A stretch of DNA of 64,000 nucleotides from an uncultured Gammaproteobacteria bacterium. Its GTDB lineage: Bacteria; Patescibacteriota; Patescibacteriia; UBA1558; UBA10009. The translations under genes were made by a program, and so were the position numbers. The DNA lies in assembly GCA_964588165.1 (NCBI GenBank), contig CAZPMS010000002.1:105839-169838 (forward strand). The letters run 5' to 3'. Below the pieces are notes generated by a model. It worked only from the letters and a program-made list of their open reading frames with translations. It did not search any database and was not told where the DNA came from. Below, in pieces: positions 57,502 to 64,000 of this stretch (the first letter of the stretch is position 1; each line of letters begins with the position of its first letter).

Positions 57502-59583
57502 ATGTCACGAGAATATACTATAGATAAATACAGAAACATCGGCATTATTGCCCACATTGATGCAGGCAAAACAACTGTTACCGAGCGTATTTTGTTTTAC
57601 ACCGGTAAAAAGCATAAAATTGGTGAAGTCCACGAAGGTGAAGCAGAAATGGATTGGATGGAACAGGAACAAGAAAGAGGAATTACTATTACTTCTGCTG
57701 CTACTACCTGTTTTTGGCAAGACTGCCGGATTAATATTATTGATACCCCAGGACACATTGATTTTACGGCTGAAGTCCAAAGGTCATTAAGGGTTTTAGA
57801 CGGCGGCGTAGTTGTATTTGACGGCGTAGCCGGTGTAGAGCCCCAATCCGAAACCGTTTGGCATCAGGCCGATAAGTATAATGTTCCTAGAATCGCTTTT
57901 GTAAATAAAATGGATAGGATGGGTGCAGATTTTTATAAAGATTTAGAGTCAATCCATAACAGGTTAACTAAAAATGCTTATCCAATGCAGCTGCCAATTG
58001 GCGCCGCTGAAACTTTTGAGGGCTATATTGATCTGTTATCCAAGAAAGCTTTCTATTATAAAGATGATCTAGGTAAAGAAATAGAAGAAAAAGATGTTCC
58101 GGATAATATGAAGGATAAGGTAGAGGAATACCGGGATAAAATTATGGAAGCTGTTTCTTCTACAGACGAAGCTTTAATGAATAAATATTTGGAAGGCAAG
58201 GAAATAGAAGAAGCTGATTTTAAGAAAGCTTTAAGGAAAGCTGTAATAGCCAACGAGATTGTACCGGTTTTTTGCGGCAGCGCTTTAAAGAATAAAGGCG
58301 TACAGCCCTTATTGGATGCAGTTTGCGATTATCTGCCTTCTCCTTTAGATGTTCCCCCGGTAGAAGCAATTGATCCCGATGATGAAGAGAAAAAAGTATC
58401 CAGAAAACCGGAAGACTCTGAACCGTTTGCTGCCTTGGCTTTTAAAATTGCTACTGACCCTTACGTTGGCAAACTTTGCTTTTTTAGAGTTTATTCCGGA
58501 ACCTTAAAATCCGGATCTTACGTATATAATTCTTCCACCGGAAAAAAGGAACGAATCGGCCGGATTTTAATGATGCATGCCAATTCTCGAGAAGAGATTC
58601 AAGAAGTTAATGCCGGTGATATAGCTGCTGCTGTTGGCTTAAAATCAACCGTAACTGGCAACACCCTATGTGATGAAGATAACCAAGTTATTTTAGAAAC
58701 CATTGAATTCCCAGAGCCGGTTATTTCTGTAGCTATCGAGCCTAAAACCAAGCAGGACCAAGAAAAAATGGGCATGGCCTTGCAAAAACTTATGGAAGAA
58801 GACCCAACCTTTAGGGTTAAAACCGATGAAGAAACTTTGCAAACTATTATTGAAGGCATGGGCGAACTTCATTTAGAAATTATTGTAGATAGAATGAAAA
58901 GGGAATTTAGCGTAGAAGCCAACGTGGGCAAGCCGCAGGTTGCTTATAAAGAAACCATTAAGGGCACAGCCGAAGCTGAGGGCAAATATATTAAACAGTC
59001 CGGCGGTAGGGGCCAATACGGCCATTGCTGGCTTAAGGTAGAAGCTTTAGAAAGAGGTAAAGGTTTTGAATGGGAAGATAAAATTAAAGGCGGTGCTATC
59101 CCTAAAGAATATATTCCGGCTATCCAAAAAGGTGTTAAAGAAGCTTCAGATAATGGCGTCTTGGCCGGTTATCCATTAATTGATTTTAAAGCTACAGTTT
59201 ATGATGGTTCTTTCCATGAAGTAGACTCATCCGAGGCTGCCTTTAAAATTGCCGGTTCTATGGCTTACCAGGCAGCCGTTAAAAAAGCTGGTTTGGTTCT
59301 TTTAGAGCCAATGATGAAGATTGAAATTATTACCCCGGAAGATTTTATGGGCGATGTTATTGGCGATTTAAATTCCAAACGCGGCCAAGTTAATGAAATG
59401 AGCGATAGGGGACAAATGAAAGTGGTAGATGGCATGGTGCCGCTGGCATCAATGTTCGGCTATGCCACAGCTTTAAGGTCACTTACCCAGGGTAGGGCCA
59501 GTTATAGTATGGAATTTGACCATTACGGAGAAGTGCCTAAGAATGTAGAAGCAGAAATTGTTGAAACCAGAGGTAAAAAGTAA
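57502..59583 (+). CDS. fusA: Elongation factor G
   Basis: [28 protein letters not shown]. Confidence 0.99.
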   Translation: MSREYTIDKYRNIGIIAHIDAGKTTVTERILFYTGKKHKIGEVHEGEAEMDWMEQEQERGITITSAATTCFWQDCRINIIDTPGHIDFTAEVQRSLRVLDGGVVVFDGVAGVEPQSETVWHQADKYNVPRIAFVNKMDRMGADFYKDLESIHNRLTKNAYPMQLPIGAAETFEGYIDLLSKKAFYYKDDLGKEIEEKDVPDNMKDKVEEYRDKIMEAVSSTDEALMNKYLEGKEIEEADFKKALRKAVIANEIVPVFCGSALKNKGVQPLLDAVCDYLPSPLDVPPVEAIDPDDEEKKVSRKPEDSEPFAALAFKIATDPYVGKLCFFRVYSGTLKSGSYVYNSSTGKKERIGRILMMHANSREEIQEVNAGDIAAAVGLKSTVTGNTLCDEDNQVILETIEFPEPVISVAIEPKTKQDQEKMGMALQKLMEEDPTFRVKTDEETLQTIIEGMGELHLEIIVDRMKREFSVEANVGKPQVAYKETIKGTAEAEGKYIKQSGGRGQYGHCWLKVEALERGKGFEWEDKIKGGAIPKEYIPAIQKGVKEASDNGVLAGYPLIDFKATVYDGSFHEVDSSEAAFKIAGSMAYQAAVKKAGLVLLEPMMKIEIITPEDFMGDVIGDLNSKRGQVNEMSDRGQMKVVDGMVPLASMFGYATALRSLTQGRASYSMEFDHYGEVPKNVEAEIVETRGKK

Positions 59584-59685
59584 TCAGTAACTGGTAATTA
59601 GTAACTCGTAAATAGGCCCCGCCTTTCGACTTCGCTCAAGACGGGGTTTTTTGATTCCTGATATCGTGATATAATAGTATAACCT

Positions 59686-60060
59686 ATGAAAAAGCCTTTA
59701 ATTATCAGCCTTTTATTGCTAATAATACTAATTATTCCGCTAGGAATGCTTATTTGTGGTGAAAACGGTTTTTATATGACGACTGACTGTGATAGCGGAG
59801 ATTATTGTTTTGTAATGAGCTTGAACCACCTTTTAAATATGAGAAATTTACTGACAATTGGTTTAATTACTTCAGTGGTATTTTTGTTAGTTATTGTTTT
59901 TAAAAATAAGATTTTTACTTTGTTTAAAATAATTAAGAAAGAATTTTGTTTAAATCTAAATTTATTTTATAAAAATATATCAGGCAGAATGAAGCCATTT
60001 GATTCTTTAATGTTGGCCTATTCTGCCGGCCTTATACAACCAAAGACATTCTGTAAATAA
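59686..60060 (+). CDS. Hypothetical membrane protein
   Basis: Two hydrophobic segments; first gene of the following cluster. Confidence 0.55.
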   Translation: MKKPLIISLLLLIILIIPLGMLICGENGFYMTTDCDSGDYCFVMSLNHLLNMRNLLTIGLITSVVFLLVIVFKNKIFTLFKIIKKEFCLNLNLFYKNISGRMKPFDSLMLAYSAGLIQPKTFCK

Positions 60061-60120
60061 TGATTACGTGTTTTTTGATGATCTTAATCATCAATTATTA
60101 ATCATTAACCATTAATTATT

Positions 60121-60861
60121 ATGGAAAATAGACAGAATGTTTTTTCGTCTTTAAAGCCTAAAACGTTATTTATCTTAGGCATTGTAGCCAGCTTTTTAGT
60201 TGTGTTTACAATTGGATTTTTTGTCCTCTTAGCCAATGTTTTAGGCGATGATGAAAAACAAACCAATAAAATCTCAAATACCAACAGTAATAAACCATCA
60301 GCTCAAGCTCCGGCACCTCCTGCTGGCGGAAAAGTAAATGTTCAAATAGCCGACTCCGACCATATTCGAGGCAGCATTAACGCTCCGGTTAAAATTGTAG
60401 AATTTTCTGATTACCAATGTCCGTTCTGCAACAAGTTTCATCCTACAATGGAACAAGTAGTAGCTGAATATGGCGACCAAGTAGCTTGGGTCTATAAACA
60501 TTTTCCTTTAGATTCAATTCATGCGCAGGCCCGGCCAGCTGCTGAAGCAGCTGAATGCATGGCCGAACAAGCCGGCGATGAGGGCTTTTGGGAATTTACT
60601 GATGAAATGCTTGCCAACCAAAGCCGTCTAGGCAGCTCATTATATGAACAAGTCGCAGAAGAAATCGGCGTAAATATGAATCAATTTGAGGACTGCGTTT
60701 CTTCAAGGAAGTACAAGGATAGAGTAGAGGCAGATTATCAGCAAGGTTTATCACTTGGGGTTCAAGGCACACCGGGCAGCTTTATCAATGGCATACCGGT
60801 TAAAGGAGCTTTGCCTTTCTCATCAATTAAGCAAATTATTGATTCAGAATTAAATAAGTAA
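60121..60861 (+). CDS. DsbA-family thioredoxin-fold protein
   Basis: EFSDYQCPFC, HFPL, GVQGTPG cis-Pro. Confidence 0.93.
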   Translation: MENRQNVFSSLKPKTLFILGIVASFLVVFTIGFFVLLANVLGDDEKQTNKISNTNSNKPSAQAPAPPAGGKVNVQIADSDHIRGSINAPVKIVEFSDYQCPFCNKFHPTMEQVVAEYGDQVAWVYKHFPLDSIHAQARPAAEAAECMAEQAGDEGFWEFTDEMLANQSRLGSSLYEQVAEEIGVNMNQFEDCVSSRKYKDRVEADYQQGLSLGVQGTPGSFINGIPVKGALPFSSIKQIIDSELNK

Positions 60862-60866
60862 ACTCT

Positions 60867-61385
60867 ATGAAAAAAACAACAAACCTTAAATGGTTTATAG
60901 TTGGCTCTTTTTTGGCATTGGGTTTAATTGGGGTTATTTATGCTTCAATTTATTACAATAACCCAAATAATTCTAAGCCAAACAAAGCATCAGTTACCAG
61001 TAAAATATTAGTAGAAGAAAAAGACTATGATTTTGGCAGTATTGCAATAAAGGGAGGCGATGTAAGCCATAGCTATAAGCTATTAAATGAAGGTACAGAA
61101 CCAATTGTAATTAAAAAGGTTTACACTTCTTGCATGTGCACTACAGCAAATGTAATATCTAAATCCGGCAAAGCCGGACCTTATGGCATGCAAGGCCATA
61201 GCGGATTATCCAGGCAAAAGGTTGAAATTGCACCAGGAGAAGAGTTTGAAGTGGAAGCAGTTTTTGATCCGTCTGCCCATGGGTTATCCGGCATAGGCTA
61301 TAATCAGCGTTCTATTTATTTGGAGACAAATTCTGCCAGTTTGCCTAAAATAGAATTAAAATTTGTAGCCCAAGTAACCAATTAA
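60867..61385 (+). CDS. DUF1573 domain protein
   Basis: YDFGSI, VYTSCMCT, FDPSAHG. Confidence 0.75.
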   Translation: MKKTTNLKWFIVGSFLALGLIGVIYASIYYNNPNNSKPNKASVTSKILVEEKDYDFGSIAIKGGDVSHSYKLLNEGTEPIVIKKVYTSCMCTTANVISKSGKAGPYGMQGHSGLSRQKVEIAPGEEFEVEAVFDPSAHGLSGIGYNQRSIYLETNSASLPKIELKFVAQVTN

Positions 61386-61389
61386 CATT

Positions 61390-62256
61390 ATGGACATTAT
61401 ATTCAGTGCTTCAATGATTGCAGCTTTTTTGGCAGGCATGGTCGCTTTATTCGCCCCCTGTTGTATTACAGTGCTATTGCCCGCTTATCTGGCCTCTGCT
61501 TTTAGAGAAAAGAAACATCTGCTAAAAATGACTTTTATCTTTTTTGCAGGAATTTCAGTTATTCTAATCCCGATTGGTTTAGGGGCAGCCAGTTTGGCCC
61601 AGTTATTTAAGGATTTCCACAAAGAAATGTATATTTTTGGCGGCTTACTTATGGCTGTTTTGGGAGTTATGGCAATCTTAGGCAAAGGCTTGGCTATGAT
61701 TCCAATGTCTAAGAGGCTAAAAGCCGGACTTGATGTTAAGCATAATAAATCAGTTTTTCTTCTCGGAGTATTTTCCGGTGCAGCCACTTCTTGTTGTGCT
61801 CCGGTTTTAGCCGGCGCTGTAACTTTAGCCGTAATTTCCGGAGCTTTTTGGAAAGCTTTATTAGTTACCTTTGCTTATGTTTTTGGCATGACTTTCCCTT
61901 TGTTTATTACTGCTTATTTTTATGAAAGGTTTAAGTTAGCTGAAACCAAGTTTATTAAAGGTAAGCTGTTGGAATTAAAAATAGGCGCCAAAACATTATA
62001 TATTCATTCCACTAATCTTATAGCTGGGTTAATATTTTTGTTAATGGGCGTAGTTTTGTTAATTTTGGCTTTTTCTGGAAACGCTTTTTGGTCTCCAGTT
62101 TGGCAAGCTAAAATCGGTGAAACTATAAGCCAATGGTCAGAGAGCTTAACTGAAGTCTTAATTAAAATGCCTGAAGGTGTTTGGGCAGTTCTGATTCTTG
62201 GAATATTTTTCTTTTTTCTATATCGAACTAAGAAAAGTTTTTCGGGACCTAAATAA
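61390..62256 (+). CDS. ccdA: CcdA/DsbD-type transmembrane thiol-disulfide protein
   Basis: FAPCCITVLLPAYL and SCCAPVL motifs; multi-TM. Confidence 0.85.
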   Translation: MDIIFSASMIAAFLAGMVALFAPCCITVLLPAYLASAFREKKHLLKMTFIFFAGISVILIPIGLGAASLAQLFKDFHKEMYIFGGLLMAVLGVMAILGKGLAMIPMSKRLKAGLDVKHNKSVFLLGVFSGAATSCCAPVLAGAVTLAVISGAFWKALLVTFAYVFGMTFPLFITAYFYERFKLAETKFIKGKLLELKIGAKTLYIHSTNLIAGLIFLLMGVVLLILAFSGNAFWSPVWQAKIGETISQWSESLTEVLIKMPEGVWAVLILGIFFFFLYRTKKSFSGPK

Positions 62257-62271
62257 GTTAATTACTAATAT

Positions 62272-62655
62272 ATGAATTTTGATTATACAGTTACTACTTC
62301 TAAAAGTTTTGATTTAGCTGTAGAAAGTGTTCAGGAAGAGATTCAAAAAGCTGGCTTGCGAGTCCTCCATGTTCATGATGTAAAGAAAGATTTGGCTGAA
62401 AAAGGTTTTAAACGGGAGCCTATTAAAATAGTTGAATTTTGCAGTGCTAAATATGCTAGTAAATTTTTAGAAGCCGATATTAAAATCGGACTTTGTATGC
62501 CTTGTAAGATAAATGTTTATTTTACAAGCGGTCAGGTTTTTATTTCTGGGATGCGCCCGGTAATTTTGTATGAGTTTTTCCCCGAAGCTAACTTAAGTGA
62601 AGCACCAAAAGAAATTAATCAGATCATTCAAGATATTATTAATAACGCAAAGTAA
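62272..62655 (+). CDS. DUF302 domain protein
   Basis: IVEFCSAKYA...IGLCMPCKI. Confidence 0.85.
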   Translation: MNFDYTVTTSKSFDLAVESVQEEIQKAGLRVLHVHDVKKDLAEKGFKREPIKIVEFCSAKYASKFLEADIKIGLCMPCKINVYFTSGQVFISGMRPVILYEFFPEANLSEAPKEINQIIQDIINNAK

Positions 62656-62658
62656 ATT

Positions 62659-63381
62659 ATGAAAGATAAAAAAAATTCTAAGGAACCATTCTTATGGGGA
62701 ACGCTATTGATAGTGATTCTATTGCTGGCGATTAATCAAATACAGATTTTATCTATTGCTAAATCAGCTGGCATCTCAATGATGCCAAAGATAATTTCAA
62801 GTTCAAAGGTTAAGTTAACAGGCAATTTGGCTGAGGATGCCAATAAGGTAATTTTATTAACCGGAATTCCTAGAGTATATGGTGCAGAATTAGGAATTGA
62901 GTATATCCATCCCAGCCAGACCGCAGTTATGGACCAAATGATTAAAAAAATGTCTGTTTTTGATCCAACCTATGGCCGACAAAAGATTACTTTATCAGGT
63001 GATTTATTACAGAGATATATTGATATTGCCATTAGAATATCTTGTGAGTATTGCTGTGGCGCTAAAAGCATTATCCGTCCTGATGGCCAGGCAGCTTGCG
63101 GTTGCGCTCATTCCCAGGCTATGCGTGGTTTGGCAGCCTACTTGTTACAGAATCACAGTGATGAATTCACTAATGATGAAATTCTTCAAGAACTTGCTAG
63201 ATGGAAAGGGTTGTATTTTCCTAAACAGATGATGCAAAAATATATTAGCCAAGTTAGCACTGGAGAATACACACCAGATATGGCAGCTTTAATTATGGGT
63301 TTAGATGTAAAGAGCAGTTCCGGTAAGAATACACCCTTGCCAACAGATTTATCTTTGCCTGATATGGCCGGAGGTTGTTAA
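62659..63381 (+). CDS. Membrane-anchored Cys-rich protein (CEYCC...CGCAH) ending LPDMAGGC
   Basis: ORF track translation; motifs seen directly. Confidence 0.75.
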   Translation: MKDKKNSKEPFLWGTLLIVILLLAINQIQILSIAKSAGISMMPKIISSSKVKLTGNLAEDANKVILLTGIPRVYGAELGIEYIHPSQTAVMDQMIKKMSVFDPTYGRQKITLSGDLLQRYIDIAIRISCEYCCGAKSIIRPDGQAACGCAHSQAMRGLAAYLLQNHSDEFTNDEILQELARWKGLYFPKQMMQKYISQVSTGEYTPDMAALIMGLDVKSSSGKNTPLPTDLSLPDMAGGC

Positions 63382-63407
63382 TTAGATAATTAAATAAAAT
63401 AAAATAT

Positions 63408-63656
63408 ATGAAAGAAGAAAATATCTTACTTAAAGAAATTAGCAGTATATCTAAAACCTTAAAGCCAAAAAGTAAAAGGCAGGAATCAAAAATAAACTAT
63501 TGGCTGGTAGCTTTAATTATTATGGTTGTTCTACTTATTTCTCAAACTCTGCAGCTTTCTATTATTAAGGCTAAAATTAGTAAAGGTAATTTCGGAGCAA
63601 GTTCTGTTCCAGCCAGCAGCAATAATAATCTGCCATCAATGGCCGGAGGTTGTTAA
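63408..63656 (+). CDS. Small membrane protein ending LPSMAGGC
   Basis: One TM; C-terminus shared with the upstream gene. Confidence 0.7.
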   Translation: MKEENILLKEISSISKTLKPKSKRQESKINYWLVALIIMVVLLISQTLQLSIIKAKISKGNFGASSVPASSNNNLPSMAGGC

Positions 63657-63676
63657 GAACTTAAATTATTAAAGTT

Positions 63677-64000
63677 ATGAAATATATAATTATAATTTTG
63701 GTAGTGTTTGCAAGCCTTGGTTTGATTTGGTCTGCGGTAAGTTTTATCAACTCAAATAAATTAGAAAATAAAGTTTCTGATTCTGTTGACGATTATACTC
63801 AAGCAGTTAATTCAGAAGCTTCAGATATATGTCAAACACCAACAGGTTATTCTAATGAAGAGTGGTTAGAACATATGAGCCATCATCCAGATAGGTACAA
63901 AGACTGTTTTAAGGATGGTCAATTTAACCCACCTTTAGCTTATCAAGATATTAACCCTAAAGAGTTAAGCCAGATGCTTAAAGTTAAAAATTTTACTTTA
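63677..64000 (+). CDS. Partial membrane-anchored protein, possibly running into a rhodanese-like domain
   Basis: Open frame to the window end: MKYIIIILVV...WLEHMSHHPDRYKDC...DINPKELSQML. Confidence 0.55.
   Translation, partial: MKYIIIILVVFASLGLIWSAVSFINSNKLENKVSDSVDDYTQAVNSEASDICQTPTGYSNEEWLEHMSHHPDRYKDCFKDGQFNPPLAYQDINPKELSQMLKVKNFTL

Noticed and set aside
63361-63656. Selenocysteine read-through after GGC, as in the thioredoxin reductase GCUG tail
   Set aside because: Both genes end in TAA, not TGA.
1-64000. CRISPR array, prophage, rRNA or alternative genetic code
   Set aside because: No regular repeat-spacer array and no phage, integrase or rRNA signatures; long genes are intact in code 11.

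Overview
AT-rich bacterial chromosome segment using the standard genetic code (TGA serves as a stop). Gene content suggests Patescibacteria/CPR (Parcubacteria-like); this is inferred from giant pilin-anchored surface proteins, comEC/dprA, an LCP protein, PsbP-like and DxDxDG membrane proteins and almost no biosynthetic genes. Housekeeping genes include pyk, parAB, rel, folC, pth, der, lepB, hisS, rpsU, ftsAZ, nrdR, glnA, prfB, cysS, ndk, rpsL-rpsG-fusA and 4 tRNAs. The most striking unannotated signal is at 51130-52890: three tandem ribosome-stalling transcription attenuators. They have Trp-Trp, Phe-rich and Ile/Leu-rich leader peptides, each with a promoter, antiterminator and terminator, and they control tiny unknown ORFs rather than amino-acid biosynthesis genes. 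These ORFs belong to a wider class of about 12 accessory genes with strong Shine-Dalgarno sites, whereas the core genes checked lack SD (rpsU is the exception). That class includes two T9SS-CTD proteins and a lipoprotein. The window also holds two candidate structured ncRNAs, several families of small palindromic or heptamer-repeat elements (some in frame inside genes, some at -35 boxes) and a thiol/metal cluster with a shared C-terminal MAGGC motif. No CRISPR array, rRNA, integrase or transposase was seen.
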